Source: an uncultured bacterium
GTDB taxonomy: Bacteria; Patescibacteriota; Patescibacteriia; UBA1558; GWA2-36-10
Assembly: GCA_903876815.1 (NCBI GenBank)
Contig: CAIRBL010000055.1
Coordinates: forward strand, 1-35,703
DNA length: 35,703 nt
Reading direction: 5' to 3'
The notes under the pieces were generated by a model. The model did no database searches. It was given only the letters and a program-made list of their open reading frames with translations, and was not told the DNA's origin. Made by a program: the position numbers and the translations under genes. Within the stretch, counting starts at the first letter, position 1, and each line of letters begins with the position of its first letter. Positions 17,273 through 27,928 of the stretch are shown here, piece by piece.

Positions 17273-17965
17273 ATGTCATTTTTTACAGAGTATAAACAAG
17301 TTTTGAGTGCTTATTCTAGTAAGTCAGACGCTAATATGAGTTTGATACTAGAAAATATAGAGGCTTTGGAAAACAGAAAAAATTTTTTACAGACCCACCA
17401 AGTTTCTTTGGAAAATTTAGTTTCTACTGGCTTAGTACATGGAGATACAATAGCACTTGTATCAGCACGAGATAGGGGCAAATTAATATCTCAAACAGAC
17501 GCTCTCATTACACAAGATAAAAATGTTTTTTTAAGCGTCACTTTTGCTGACTGTCTGCCGATATTTTATTTTGTGCCTCAGTATAATATCGTTGGTTTAG
17601 CGCATGCAGGTTGGCGAGGGGTGGCTAAAAATTTAGCTGCTAAAATGATACAAACTTTGAGTCAAGAGTTTCAAGTCAAAGCATCTGACATTTTGGTTGG
17701 TATTGGTCCACATATTTGTCCGAAGCATTATCAGGTTGGCGCTGAGGTGACGCGGGTCTTTGTTCGATATCCGGAAGCCTTAGATAGCGATTATTTAGAT
17801 TTAGAAAAAGTAGTCAAAATACAGCTGAGTGATGCTGGTGTTTTGGCGACTAATATTAGTAGTAGCAACTTATGTACTTTTGAAAGAGATGATTTATTTT
17901 TTTCTTATCGTCGTGATCGGCCGAAAGACTTGCAGACCATGTTGGCAATAATTGGTTTGAGATAG
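17273..17965 (+). CDS. pgeF: PgeF/YfiH family (laccase-domain / purine nucleoside phosphorylase)
   Basis: DALIT, ADCLPI, AHAGWRG, IGPHI, FFSYRR. Confidence 0.92.
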   Translation: MSFFTEYKQVLSAYSSKSDANMSLILENIEALENRKNFLQTHQVSLENLVSTGLVHGDTIALVSARDRGKLISQTDALITQDKNVFLSVTFADCLPIFYFVPQYNIVGLAHAGWRGVAKNLAAKMIQTLSQEFQVKASDILVGIGPHICPKHYQVGAEVTRVFVRYPEALDSDYLDLEKVVKIQLSDAGVLATNISSSNLCTFERDDLFFSYRRDRPKDLQTMLAIIGLR

Positions 17966-18021
17966 ACAAACTAAGGCAATAAGTCTTATAATAATAAAAG
18001 AATGATTATTAACTAAAAAAT

Positions 18022-19077
18022 ATGAACATGGAACAAAATCTAGAACAAAATTCACAAGCACCAATGGTCAATGCGGGCGTTGTAAACACCATGGCAGCTC
18101 CAGTAGTTGATCAAAGGCTCATAAAAGGACCTAAGGCTTTATTTTGGTATTTGACTTTATTTTTTTCTTTAAGTATTACAGCTTTTGCTATTGGCGGTTT
18201 ATGGTTTCAATTTATTAATAAATTTTTACCAAAAGCTATTAATAATAGCTACAGCATGTCTTTTGATCGTATTAGCCAAACAGCTGTCAAAATGGAGATT
18301 GCCTCTTTGATTATCGCTGTACCAGTTTTTTTCCTGTTGAGTTTTTTTATTCGTAAGGCTTTAGCAGCTGGTTATTTGGCAGTTGAAAGCAAAATTAGGC
18401 TTTGGATTTCTTATATTATTTTATTTTTTGTGGTGGCTATTGCAGTGGGTGATTTGATTGCTATTTTATTTTCTTTTTTGGATGGCGATTTTACTAATAG
18501 ATTTTTACTGAAAGCTTTTGCTATTTTATTTATAGTAGCGTGGATTTTTAGCTATTATTTTTTAGAGCTAAAATCTCATGTCGCTTTAGTCGGCTCTAAT
18601 TTGCCAAAAATAATAGGCATTTTGTCATTAGTGATCATCGTGATTTCTATTATTGGTTCATTCTTTATTATTGATTCACCGATGCAAACTAGAAAGAAGG
18701 CCTTTGATCAAAAAAGGGTCAATAACATTTCATCGATAAAGAGTAGCGTGCAGTCATATTATACGCAAAAAGGTTCTTTGCCTGCTAGTTTAGCTGACTT
18801 GCAAGCAAATTATAGCTACGGTCAAATAAATGATCCAGAAACAGGCCTGCCATTAGAGTATAAAATAATAAGCGCCACAAGCTATAAGTTATGTGCAGAT
18901 TTTGATACCAATAGCGAGGATCAAGTAAATAATGGTTATAGTTATGATTATTATGGTAATAATAGTCTGAAGCATCCATCTGGTCATTATTGTTTTGATG
19001 TGACTGTTTCAGTGCCGGCTAATAAACAATTAAATAACTTGGATACAAATACAGTGAATCTCGGCACTCGTCAATAA
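18022..19077 (+). CDS. DUF5671-like membrane protein with a pilin-like C-terminal domain
   Basis: Multiple TMs; SP...RKKAFDQKRV...LPASL...DPETGLPLEY...YKLCADF. Confidence 0.75.
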   Translation: MNMEQNLEQNSQAPMVNAGVVNTMAAPVVDQRLIKGPKALFWYLTLFFSLSITAFAIGGLWFQFINKFLPKAINNSYSMSFDRISQTAVKMEIASLIIAVPVFFLLSFFIRKALAAGYLAVESKIRLWISYIILFFVVAIAVGDLIAILFSFLDGDFTNRFLLKAFAILFIVAWIFSYYFLELKSHVALVGSNLPKIIGILSLVIIVISIIGSFFIIDSPMQTRKKAFDQKRVNNISSIKSSVQSYYTQKGSLPASLADLQANYSYGQINDPETGLPLEYKIISATSYKLCADFDTNSEDQVNNGYSYDYYGNNSLKHPSGHYCFDVTVSVPANKQLNNLDTNTVNLGTRQ

Positions 19078-19098
19078 TTAGATATTATTTTAGGGATG

Positions 19099-19146
19099 AA
19101 AAATAATTGCAACTGACTTGCAATTATTTTTTGTTTGTGCTAAGCT
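19099..19146 (+). promoter_or_regulatory. Zur/Fur-type operator overlapping the promoter
   Basis: Perfect inverted repeat AAAAATAATTGCAA-CTGAC-TTGCAATTATTTTT; -35 TTGCAA-17 nt-TAAGCT. Confidence 0.75.
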
Positions 19147-19153
19147 CTTTTTT

Positions 19154-19528
19154 ATGAAAGAGGATTTATTAAAACAAGCAGGTTTAAGCAAAACCCAAGC
19201 AAGAACAGTTATTTTAGCTTTTTTAAAGAAACACAAAACTTTAGTTTCGGCAGGGGATATTTTTAAAGGCTTATCTGGAAGCTTGGACAGAGTGACTGTT
19301 TATCGTAATCTAGAAGCGCTAGAAAAAGCGGGTTTAGTTTTTAAAGAGTTAGCTGAAAAAGAAGCTTTGTATTATTTAGCTGATAAACAGCATCATCATA
19401 TCACTTGCCAAAAATGTGGCTTTACTCAATGCTTGCCTTGTGATCATATTTTTCAAAAGATAAAAAATTTTAGCCAAGTAAAACATCAGCTGGTTTTAAG
19501 TGGTTTATGTAATAAGTGTAATAAATAA
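19154..19528 (+). CDS. Fur-family repressor, probably Zur
   Basis: TVYRNL, HHHITCQKCG, C-terminal CNKC; lies upstream of a ZIP transporter; ATG 19154. Confidence 0.88.
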   Translation: MKEDLLKQAGLSKTQARTVILAFLKKHKTLVSAGDIFKGLSGSLDRVTVYRNLEALEKAGLVFKELAEKEALYYLADKQHHHITCQKCGFTQCLPCDHIFQKIKNFSQVKHQLVLSGLCNKCNK

Positions 19529-19532
19529 TTTT

Positions 19533-20300
19533 ATGTTATTAAGTATTATCATAGCGACAATTTTAGTGAGCCTTATTTCTTTGCTTGGTATTTTGTTTAT
19601 TTTTAATCGGCCAGTTAAAGAAAATTTTTTGCGCATCTTGATTAGTTTATCGGCCGGTGGTTTATTGAGTGTAGTTTTTTTAGATTTATTGCCAGAGGCC
19701 ATAGAAGCAGATTTGTATGAGCCACATTTGATTTTTGGTGTGGTGTTAGCCAGTATTATTTTTTTCTTTTTGTTTGAAAAAGTCTTACATTGGCATCATT
19801 GTCGTTGTGATTATCATGCAGAGCATGAACAGCACGATGATAAAAAACATTTGATTTATATCAATCTTATTGGCGACGCAGTTCACAATATAGTAGATGG
19901 TTTTTTGATTGCGGCTTCATTCATGTTGGATTTTCATGCTGGTTTGATTGTAACCATAGCTGTAATTTTGCATGAGATTCCCCAAGAGGTTTCTGACTTT
20001 GGCGTTTTGCTTTATGCTGGACTTTCTAAAGCCAAAGCCTTGCTAGCTAATTTATTGGTCGCTTTGACAGCAGTTTTGGGAGCAATAATTTTTTATTTTT
20101 TTGGGCAGAGTTTTGAGAGTGTGATACCTTTGATGGTCGCTTTTGCTGCTGGTAATTTTATTTATCTTTCTATGTCAGATCTTATTCCTGAACTTCACCA
20201 TGAAAAAGATGCTAAGCAGATTTTAAAAAATTCTCTTTGGTTATTAATAGGAGTTTTGATTATTTATTTGCTGATCACGATATTGCCACACGAACATTAA
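19533..20300 (+). CDS. ZIP family zinc transporter
   Basis: DLLPEA, His-rich loop, GDAVHNIVDG, HEIPQE, SDLIPELH. Confidence 0.93.
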   Translation: MLLSIIIATILVSLISLLGILFIFNRPVKENFLRILISLSAGGLLSVVFLDLLPEAIEADLYEPHLIFGVVLASIIFFFLFEKVLHWHHCRCDYHAEHEQHDDKKHLIYINLIGDAVHNIVDGFLIAASFMLDFHAGLIVTIAVILHEIPQEVSDFGVLLYAGLSKAKALLANLLVALTAVLGAIIFYFFGQSFESVIPLMVAFAAGNFIYLSMSDLIPELHHEKDAKQILKNSLWLLIGVLIIYLLITILPHEH

Positions 20301-20308
20301 TAGGTTTG

Positions 20309-20333
20309 AAAAATCGCCAAATAGGCGATTTTT
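20309..20333 (+). terminator. Intrinsic terminator
   Basis: AAAAATCGCC-AAATA-GGCGATTTTT. Confidence 0.7.
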
Positions 20334-20391
20334 TGTTATAATGAAGTTGTTAAAAAATAAAATATCCGGCATCCGCCGGACAAGAAAATTT

Positions 20392-20874
20392 ATGAAATGT
20401 AAAATTAAATCTTGGCCAAAACTATTATTTAGTTTATTTATTACCCAAGCCGCTGGTGGTATTGGCTCTATTTTTACCATGCCAAAAATTGATACTTGGT
20501 ATGAAACTTTAAATAAGCCTTTTTTTCAGCCGCCAAATTGGCTTTTTGGTCCAGTATGGACAATATTATTTTTGTTGATGGGTATTAGTTTGTATTTAGT
20601 CTGGACTGGCAGCTGGCATCACAAATTAAAAGAAGAGGCAATGCTGATTTTTATTGCGCAGTTAGTGTTAAATGTTTTTTGGTCTATTGCCTTTTTTGGT
20701 TTCCAAAATACAGCTCTAGCTTTTTTAGAAATTTTGGTTTTATGGACTAGCATTTTGTTTACTATTTTATATTTTGCCAAGCTTAATAAAACGGCGGCTT
20801 ATTTATTGGTGCCTTATATTTTTTGGGTGTCATTTGCTAGCGTCTTAAATTTTGCCATTTGGTATCTAAATTAA
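20392..20874 (+). CDS. tspO: TspO/MBR tryptophan-rich sensory protein
   Basis: WYETLNKPFFQPPNWLFGPVW, LNVFWS, LVPYIFWVSFA; ATG 20392 preferred. Confidence 0.93.
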   Translation: MKCKIKSWPKLLFSLFITQAAGGIGSIFTMPKIDTWYETLNKPFFQPPNWLFGPVWTILFLLMGISLYLVWTGSWHHKLKEEAMLIFIAQLVLNVFWSIAFFGFQNTALAFLEILVLWTSILFTILYFAKLNKTAAYLLVPYIFWVSFASVLNFAIWYLN

Positions 20875-20984
20875 AGATTTTTTTGTTCTCCGCCTGACGG
20901 CGGAGGACGATATTAAAACGGCTATTATAAATCCCCGCCGTAGGCGGGGATTTAAGCAGATAAATATTAGTAAAATATAAGTTT

Positions 20985-21293
20985 ATGAAATTTACAAAAT
21001 TGCCTTTACCACTGGTAGCCTTTGGGCAAGCTTTTTTGATGGCGCTATATTGTTTTTTGGTGGTCAATTTTATTAATTGGGTAGATAAATCACATTTTGG
21101 AGAAAATCTTTATGGTCCAGCCGTAATGCTTTGTTTGTTAGTTTTTTCAGCTGGCTTATCGGCTTTTTTGATTTTTGCTTATGCAATTTATTTAGCGTTA
21201 GATAAGCGATTTAAAGAAGCTTTGATTCTTGTGGGTTACACTTTTTTGTTTTTACTATTATTAATGATATTGTTATTTTTGCTAGTTGTATAA
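20985..21293 (+). CDS. Small three-TM membrane protein
   Basis: Hydrophobic 102-aa ORF. Confidence 0.7.
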   Translation: MKFTKLPLPLVAFGQAFLMALYCFLVVNFINWVDKSHFGENLYGPAVMLCLLVFSAGLSAFLIFAYAIYLALDKRFKEALILVGYTFLFLLLLMILLFLLVV

Positions 21294-21411
21294 AAAATAT
21301 AAGATAAGCAAGCCCCGCGACGCGGGGCTTAATATAACATTAAAAATAAAACCTCCGCCGATGGCGGGGGTTTTAAAATCATAAATAAGACACGGATAAT
21401 AGAGGTGGGGT

Positions 21412-21464
21412 TTGCAAGACAAATAAATCTATGCTATGCTATACCTATACCCCAGGTATAGGTA
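21412..21464 (+). promoter_or_regulatory. Promoter and CsoR-type operator
   Basis: TTGCAA-17 nt-TATGCT (extended TG), then inverted repeat TACCTATACC-CCA-GGTATAGGTA. Confidence 0.75.
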
Positions 21465-21549
21465 ATTTATCATAATCAAAATATAAGCAAAGATGCCCCC
21501 GCGAAGCGGGGGTACTTAAAGGATATAATTAATAATTTAGAGGTGATTT

Positions 21550-21831
21550 ATGAACAAAGAAACAAAAAATCAAAGTAAAAGTTTAAGTGCTTTAAAAAAA
21601 GCTCAGAGCCTGCTCGCTAAAATTATTGAAATGAAAGAGGATAACAGATATTGTGTAGATATTATGCAACAAAACCTAGCAGTCATTGGCCTTTTAAAAT
21701 CAGCCAACCAAGAATTATTAGCTGATCATTTGAATAGCTGCTTTAAAGCGGTGATGAATTCTAATAATACTGCCAAACAAAAAGTTATGATTGAAGAAAT
21801 TTTGCAATTAAATAAATTATCTTTAAAATAA
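21550..21831 (+). CDS. csoR: CsoR/RcnR metal-sensing repressor
   Basis: YCVDIMQQ...HLNSC copper-ligand pattern; heads the copper operon. Confidence 0.88.
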   Translation: MNKETKNQSKSLSALKKAQSLLAKIIEMKEDNRYCVDIMQQNLAVIGLLKSANQELLADHLNSCFKAVMNSNNTAKQKVMIEEILQLNKLSLK

Positions 21832-21832
21832 T

Positions 21833-23170
21833 ATGGCGGAAATTAAAAATAAAAAAATATATTTATCAGGCTTGACTTGTGTGTCATGCGAAAATATTAT
21901 CAAGGAAGAAGCGCAAAGTATTAGTGGCATAGTGACTGTTAAAGCTTCGGTAAAAACTCAAAGTGCTGACATTGAATATGTCGGCAATTTGCCGTGGGAG
22001 CTTTTAAAACAAAGAATTGAAAAATTAGGTTACCGAGCAGCTTTGGAGCCAGGGGTTTTGGAAAAAGTTTCTCATAAAAAAGCCACACTTGAACAATGGT
22101 TTTATGCTTTTTTATTGGTTTTAAGTTTTTATGCAGTTTATAAATATTTGGCCTGGATTGGTTTATTAGATTGGTTAAATTTTCAGCCTAAAGATATTAA
22201 TTTTGGTGCCGCGTTTATGATCGGCATTATCGCTTCTTTATCTACTTGCTTGGCAGTTGTTGGTGGGGTAGTGCTTTCTTTTGCGGCTAAATATCAAAGT
22301 CGCGGCAATGCTTGGCAACGCAATGTAGAGCCACATTTATTATTTCACTTAGGTCGTCTGGTGTCATTTTTTGTCTTAGGCGGTTTGTTGGGGTGGCTGG
22401 GCAGCAAAATTAGTTTGTCAACGACATTTTTTTCTTGGCTGACTATACTAGTAGCCTTAATTTTGGTCTGGTTGGCTTTGAATATTTTGGGTTTATTACC
22501 GAGTTTAAGTAAATTTGGTTTTAGTATGCCGAAAAGTAGTTTTAAAGTTTGGCAAAAGTTAAAAAACTCTGAACATCAAGCAGCGCCTTTAGTGTTGGGA
22601 GCTTTTACTTTTTTCTTGCCCTGTGGCTTTACTCAAAGTATGCAGCTATTTGCGATTAGTTCTGGGCATTTTTGGACAGGTGCGATGACTTTATTTTTAT
22701 TTGCTTTGGGCACAGCGCCAGTTTTATTTCTAGTCGGCTCCACCACTTCTCGTTTTCAAAATTTAAAAAGTGTCGTTTTTGAAAAAGCTTTAGGCTTATT
22801 GATTTTGCTTTTTGCCCTTTATACTTTGTCAGCTGGACTAGCCACCAAAGGTGTGGTTTTTGATCTCAAGCCAGCAGGTCAACAAAATTTTGTTTTAAAT
22901 CAAGGCGAGCAACAGATAGTCAAGATGGCCATCGGCTACAGTGGTTATGAGCCCAGTGAATTTGTATTGCAAAAAGATGTGCCAGTCAAATGGATTATCG
23001 ATGCTACTGATATGACAGGCTGTACTAGCCAAATTATTGTACCGGATTTAAAAATAAGAAAAAACCTAAGTCGGGGTGAAAATATCATTGAATTTACCCC
23101 AAATCAAGCAGGTAAAATTAGTTTTAGTTGTGGTATGGGCATGGTCAGGGGTAAATTTATTGTGAAATAA
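21833..23170 (+). CDS. HMA + TauE/SafE(DsbD_2)-like membrane domain + cupredoxin domain protein
   Basis: GLTCVSC; STCLAVVGG, FHLGR, FFLPCG; C-terminal GC...FSCGMGM. Confidence 0.88.
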   Translation: MAEIKNKKIYLSGLTCVSCENIIKEEAQSISGIVTVKASVKTQSADIEYVGNLPWELLKQRIEKLGYRAALEPGVLEKVSHKKATLEQWFYAFLLVLSFYAVYKYLAWIGLLDWLNFQPKDINFGAAFMIGIIASLSTCLAVVGGVVLSFAAKYQSRGNAWQRNVEPHLLFHLGRLVSFFVLGGLLGWLGSKISLSTTFFSWLTILVALILVWLALNILGLLPSLSKFGFSMPKSSFKVWQKLKNSEHQAAPLVLGAFTFFLPCGFTQSMQLFAISSGHFWTGAMTLFLFALGTAPVLFLVGSTTSRFQNLKSVVFEKALGLLILLFALYTLSAGLATKGVVFDLKPAGQQNFVLNQGEQQIVKMAIGYSGYEPSEFVLQKDVPVKWIIDATDMTGCTSQIIVPDLKIRKNLSRGENIIEFTPNQAGKISFSCGMGMVRGKFIVK

Positions 23171-23175
23171 ATAAT

Positions 23176-23382
23176 ATGTCAGTAATTAATTTTAAACTCA
23201 AGGGCTTAACTTGTGAGGCTTGTGTAAAGCTTTGCGCTAAACGCATCAAAACATTACCAGGCGTACAAACAGTAGAGATCGATCTCGCGACAGGAGCTGC
23301 TCAAGTCAGTGGCGCGTCAGAGCTTGATCTGGAGACAATTAAACAAAGCTTAGTAGATATTAAATACGAAGTGCTTAATTAA
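23176..23382 (+). CDS. copZ: CopZ-like copper chaperone
   Basis: 68-aa HMA domain with GLTCEAC. Confidence 0.85.
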   Translation: MSVINFKLKGLTCEACVKLCAKRIKTLPGVQTVEIDLATGAAQVSGASELDLETIKQSLVDIKYEVLN

Positions 23383-23389
23383 AAATTTT

Positions 23390-26300
23390 ATGAAAAAAAA
23401 GATAGAGCTTAATATAAGTGGCACACATTGTGATGCTTGTGAAAAAATTATTAAAGCAGAATTAAGTGAGCTAGCTGGCGTTAGCGATTTTAGTCTGGAC
23501 GTAAAGACTGGAGCAGCGACACTCGAGCTCGAGACAGAACAAAATACTGAAACTGAAGTATTAGCATCTATTCAGCGAGCCGGCTATCAAGCTACAGTCA
23601 TCGCAAGTGCATTATTGGCAGCAAATGAAGCAGACAAACAAATAATTACTGTTAAATCACAAGCTGCTACCCACGATCAACCTTTTAAAGTCAAGCTTGA
23701 ATCTCAGATTGAGGCTGATGGTCAGGTTCATGGGGATTTGTTGGGCAAACATTATTTTGAGGGTAAAATAAAAAATAATAAAACAGCCGAATTCAGTATT
23801 CCAGAAAATAAACCAGAGCTGCAACAATTCGCAGCTAAGCTAGCGGATGTCAAAAATTTGAGTAGTTTATTTGACGCAGTTTTGGCTAATAAAAAAGAAG
23901 ATAAAATCATAAGTTCCAGTGAAAAAGAGACAGCGGCTGATACTAGTATGAGTCACAGCGCTACAACACAAGAGAGATTAAATCTATCTTTGTTTGGCAT
24001 GCATTGTTCATCTTGTGCAAATATTATTGAACGAGCACTCAAAAAAGTACCCGGTGTCAAACAAGCCAATGTCAATTTTGCCGCAGAAAAAGCAGCGGTT
24101 GTTTTTGATGACAGTCAAGTGACCAGTAGCACTTTGATAGCGGCCGTGGCTCAAGCTGGCTATAAGGCGGAATTAATCGATGCTAAAGATACAGATTACG
24201 AGCGTCGTAAACGAGCCAAAGAGATTTCAGCTTATTTTAAAAAGTTTTGGTTTAGTTTTGCTTTAAGTTTGCCGATGCTATATTTTATGCTGCTAGATTT
24301 TATTACTTTGCCAGGCAAAACAGCTGTTTTGCCTTATGTCGGCATTATCTCTTTGATTTTTACCATTCCTATTCAGGTGGTTATTGGCGCTGGTTTTTAT
24401 AAGGGCTTTTGGTCAGCTTTGAAGATGAAGACTTTTAATATGGATAGCTTGATTGCTATCGGCACTTCTACGGCTTTTTTGTATAGTGTGGTTAATTTTA
24501 TCAGCTATTTTGTGCAAACCGGTTCGATTATTGGTATTAATGGTAAAATCCCTGAACTTTATTTTGAAACAGCAGCTTTTTTGATTACGTTTGTAATTTT
24601 GGGTAAGTGGCTAGAGATTCGCACTAAAGGTAAAACCGGTGAGGCTATCAAAAAACTTATGGGGCTACAAGCCAAAACAGCTAGGGTGATACGTCAGGGC
24701 GTAACACAAGACATTGCCATTGAAGAAGTTGTCCATGGTGATTTTATTTTGGTACGTCCCGGAGAAAAAATTCCAGTTGATGGACAGATCACCAAGGGTT
24801 CATCGGCAATTGACGAATCCATGATTACAGGTGAGAGTTTGCCAGTTGAGAAAAAAATTGGTGATATAGTTATAGGTAGTACGGTCAACAAAACTGGCAG
24901 CTTTGAATTTCAAGCTACTCGCATTGGTTCAGAGACTGCCTTAGCTCAAATCATTCGTCTGATTGAAGATGCTCAAGGCTCAAAAGCTCCTATTCAAGGT
25001 TTTGCTGACCGTATTTCCGCTGTTTTTGTGCCGATTGTGATTGGTTTAGCCATTTTGACTTTTTTAATTTGGTATTTTTTCTTAGGAGCAAGTTTATCTT
25101 TTGCTCTTATGGCTTTTACTGCTGTTATCGTCATTGCTTGCCCTTGTGCTTTAGGTTTAGCTACACCAACATCTCTGATGGTTGGCACTGGTAAAGGTGC
25201 TGAATATGGCATTTTGATTAAAGGTGGAGAGCCATTGGAAGCAGCTTGTAATATCAAAGCTGTGATTTTTGATAAAACTGGTACTTTGACCAAAGGGAAA
25301 CCAGAGGTGACTGACACTTTGTCTTTTGGTGGGCTTACAGAAGATGAGGTTTTGGAAATTTCAGCTAGCTTAGAAAAATTATCCGAGCATCCTTTAGCCG
25401 AAGCGATTTATACTTATGCCAATGAAGAAGCTTTGAATTTAGTGGAAGTAAAAAGTTTTGCGGCAATTCCTGGTCACGGTGTCAAAGGTACTATTGAGAG
25501 CACTGAATATTATTTTGGTAATCGTCGCTTGATAACAGAAGTGTTGAGGCATGACATTGCCAAAATCAATCGTAAGCTTAATAAGCTAGAAGAACAAGGC
25601 AAGACAGCGATGATTTTGGCTACCAAGATAGAAATTTTAGGAGCTATCGCTGTAGCTGATACAGTCAAGCCTAGTTCAGCTGAAGCTGTTGCTAAACTTA
25701 TAAAGATGGGTATTAGTGTGTGGATGATCACTGGCGATAACGAGAGAACAGCCCAAGCAATAGCCCGGCAAGTTGGCATTAGTAAGGTATTAGCAGAGGT
25801 TTTGCCTGAAGACAAGGCGCATGAAGTCAAAAAACTGCAGGCTGGTGGCATCAAGGTAGCAATGGTTGGCGATGGTATCAATGACGCACCAGCTTTGGCA
25901 CAAGCTGATCTAGGAATTGCCATGGGCTCTGGTACTGATGTGGCTATGGAGGCTGGTGGTATTGTGATTATGAAAAATGATCTCAATGATGTAGTGAGTG
26001 CCTTTCAGCTTTCACGAGAAACGATGAGTAAAATCAAACAAAATATGTTTTTTGCTTTGTTTTATAATGTCATCGGCATTCCCATCGCTGCTCGTGTATT
26101 TATGAGTTTTGGGCTGGTTTTAAAACCGGAGCTTGCTGGACTAGCTATGGCCTTAAGCTCTATTTCGGTAGTCGGTAATGCTTTATTATTGCGGTATTTT
26201 AAACCAAACAAACGCAATTATATTTCTACCATTGTACCTCTTGTGATGATTCTTTTCTTTGGTTGGGCTTTTTTCCAGTTTGCTAAATTGAGTTCTAGTA

Positions 26301-26995
26301 TGGAAAGCAAAGGCATGTCAACAGTGGTCTCAGTCCAAACAGCTTCGACATTAAATAGTTTTATTGCCAATGGACAAACAAAGATTAATTTCGTTGAAGG
26401 TGATCCTAAATTATTTTTAGGAGCTAATAGTTTGCCAGGAGTGCTTAAGGCTAATGAGGGTACTTTGAATATCGGAGAAAACGAAATAGTTATCGGCTAT
26501 GATGAAGCCATGATGATGAAAAAAGAAAATCTCATCAATGGAGTCGGAGACACCATTAATAACTTTTTTGGTCTTTCAAGCGTGAAGGTGGTGGGCATTA
26601 TTGAACAGACTGGTACAGTGCTGGATAAGTACCATTTTGTCAATAATTCTACGCTCAATAGTATAACAAATTTTGCTGATTTGAAGTTCGTAGCTGAAAA
26701 AGAGATTATCAAGGGATTTTATTTTATCGCCACACCCGCTAATATTCCGGATAAATTGAATGGTTCAATTCAAGGATTTGATCCAGTAAACCTGGGCGGC
26801 AAAAGGTATTTACCGGTATATATTGGTAGTGACGAAGCTAAAATGATGATTGATAAAAAACTCATTGCTAAGACCGGAGATACTATTGACAACTTTTTTG
26901 GCAATAATGTGATAGTCGCAAGCATTTTACCAGAAACAAAAACTGTATTGGATTCCTTACATTATGTCGGCCAGGGATTTGAACTAAAAAAATAA
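23390..26995 (+). CDS. copA: Cu(I)-translocating P1B ATPase with a C-terminal extension
   Basis: Two CxxC HMA domains, TGES, CPC, DKTGT, SEHP, GDGIND, YN and MALSS motifs. Confidence 0.95.
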   Translation: MKKKIELNISGTHCDACEKIIKAELSELAGVSDFSLDVKTGAATLELETEQNTETEVLASIQRAGYQATVIASALLAANEADKQIITVKSQAATHDQPFKVKLESQIEADGQVHGDLLGKHYFEGKIKNNKTAEFSIPENKPELQQFAAKLADVKNLSSLFDAVLANKKEDKIISSSEKETAADTSMSHSATTQERLNLSLFGMHCSSCANIIERALKKVPGVKQANVNFAAEKAAVVFDDSQVTSSTLIAAVAQAGYKAELIDAKDTDYERRKRAKEISAYFKKFWFSFALSLPMLYFMLLDFITLPGKTAVLPYVGIISLIFTIPIQVVIGAGFYKGFWSALKMKTFNMDSLIAIGTSTAFLYSVVNFISYFVQTGSIIGINGKIPELYFETAAFLITFVILGKWLEIRTKGKTGEAIKKLMGLQAKTARVIRQGVTQDIAIEEVVHGDFILVRPGEKIPVDGQITKGSSAIDESMITGESLPVEKKIGDIVIGSTVNKTGSFEFQATRIGSETALAQIIRLIEDAQGSKAPIQGFADRISAVFVPIVIGLAILTFLIWYFFLGASLSFALMAFTAVIVIACPCALGLATPTSLMVGTGKGAEYGILIKGGEPLEAACNIKAVIFDKTGTLTKGKPEVTDTLSFGGLTEDEVLEISASLEKLSEHPLAEAIYTYANEEALNLVEVKSFAAIPGHGVKGTIESTEYYFGNRRLITEVLRHDIAKINRKLNKLEEQGKTAMILATKIEILGAIAVADTVKPSSAEAVAKLIKMGISVWMITGDNERTAQAIARQVGISKVLAEVLPEDKAHEVKKLQAGGIKVAMVGDGINDAPALAQADLGIAMGSGTDVAMEAGGIVIMKNDLNDVVSAFQLSRETMSKIKQNMFFALFYNVIGIPIAARVFMSFGLVLKPELAGLAMALSSISVVGNALLLRYFKPNKRNYISTIVPLVMILFFGWAFFQFAKLSSSMESKGMSTVVSVQTASTLNSFIANGQTKINFVEGDPKLFLGANSLPGVLKANEGTLNIGENEIVIGYDEAMMMKKENLINGVGDTINNFFGLSSVKVVGIIEQTGTVLDKYHFVNNSTLNSITNFADLKFVAEKEIIKGFYFIATPANIPDKLNGSIQGFDPVNLGGKRYLPVYIGSDEAKMMIDKKLIAKTGDTIDNFFGNNVIVASILPETKTVLDSLHYVGQGFELKK

Positions 26996-27019
26996 AAAAT
27001 ATTTTCTTTAATTAATCAC

Positions 27020-27062
27020 AAAAGCCCCCGCCCCTTCGACTATGCTCAGGGCGGGGGCTTTT
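27020..27062. terminator. Bidirectional terminator containing a CTTCGAC-N3-GCTCAG mini-repeat
   Basis: AAAAGCCCCCGCCC-CTTCGACTATGCTCA-GGGCGGGGGCTTTT between convergent genes. Confidence 0.85.
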
Positions 27063-27072
27063 AAAAAAAACT

Positions 27073-27798
27073 TTATTGCTCCAGTGCAAATTTAAATAAA
27101 TCTTCTGCTGGCCTATGCGGTAAGTGCCCAATGTTATTGATATAATTTATTTTTACGTAGCCATTTTTATCTATCACTATTTTAGAAATAGAGGATTGAT
27201 AAAGCTCAATTGAGAGAAAGCCGATAATATCAGTATTTAAAATACTGGTGAGCATAGAGCGAATGACATTACCATGACAAAAAATCATCACATTTTTGCC
27301 TTTATTTTTTTGCCAGACATCAGCCAGAATTTTTCTAAATTTAGCTTGTAAAATATTTAGACGTTTATCCATTTCTTGGTAGGCTTTGACTTTTTTGATA
27401 CGAGTTTTTTCAGACATATTGAAGTATTTCATTTTGTACCATTCAGTCCAATCAACCTCATTAAATCTTTTGTCAATAATCGGCTCAAGCTTTCTTTTTT
27501 TCAAAAAAATTTCGGCTGTTTGTTGAGCACGCAATAGCTCGCTAGTGTAAACTATTTGAATGTCTTTTAAAGAGAGGAGTTTTTTATTCAAAAGCTTTCT
27601 TTGTTTTAAACCGATTTTATCAAGTGGCATATTATGATCGCCAACTAAGTGTTGCTGGTCATAATCTGGCTTGCAGTGTCTAACTAAATAAATTTGTGTA
27701 TATGGTCCGGAGCTTTCTGGGCGTGATCGGCCATAAGCAGTTTGTTGCATTAATTTGCCGTAATCTATACGAGGTATAGCTTTTTGTTTTTTTATCAT
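27073..27798 (-). CDS. Histidine phosphatase (PGM-like) family protein
   Basis: LVRHC, TSELLRAQQTA, NEVDW, CHGNVIR. Confidence 0.9.
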   Translation of the reverse strand: MIKKQKAIPRIDYGKLMQQTAYGRSRPESSGPYTQIYLVRHCKPDYDQQHLVGDHNMPLDKIGLKQRKLLNKKLLSLKDIQIVYTSELLRAQQTAEIFLKKRKLEPIIDKRFNEVDWTEWYKMKYFNMSEKTRIKKVKAYQEMDKRLNILQAKFRKILADVWQKNKGKNVMIFCHGNVIRSMLTSILNTDIIGFLSIELYQSSISKIVIDKNGYVKINYINNIGHLPHRPAEDLFKFALEQ

Positions 27799-27928
27799 TT
27801 TTTTATTTTTTATAGATACATTTTACATTTTTTGTTTTATTTTAGCAAACTATTTGTCAAATTCTTAAATTATGATATCATATAGCTACCTTCAGAGAAG
27901 GTTTTTTATAAGATAAAAGATAAAAAAT

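Larger units (their letters stand above)
20365..21514. repeat. Cluster of six short GC-rich intergenic palindromes
   Basis: 20365-20380, 20888-20905, 20928-20954, 21310-21330, 21347-21375, 21494-21514 (CCGCC-N3-4-GGCGG, CCCGC-GAM-GCGGG and CCGGC-N4-GCCGG cores). Confidence 0.8.

Noticed and set aside
10161-21514. CRISPR array formed by the 43-bp repeats or the palindrome cluster
   Set aside because: No regular repeat-spacer period, repeats are separated by whole genes, and there are no cas genes
24694-26712. Antisense ORFs inside copA
   Set aside because: Typical shadow frames of a conserved gene
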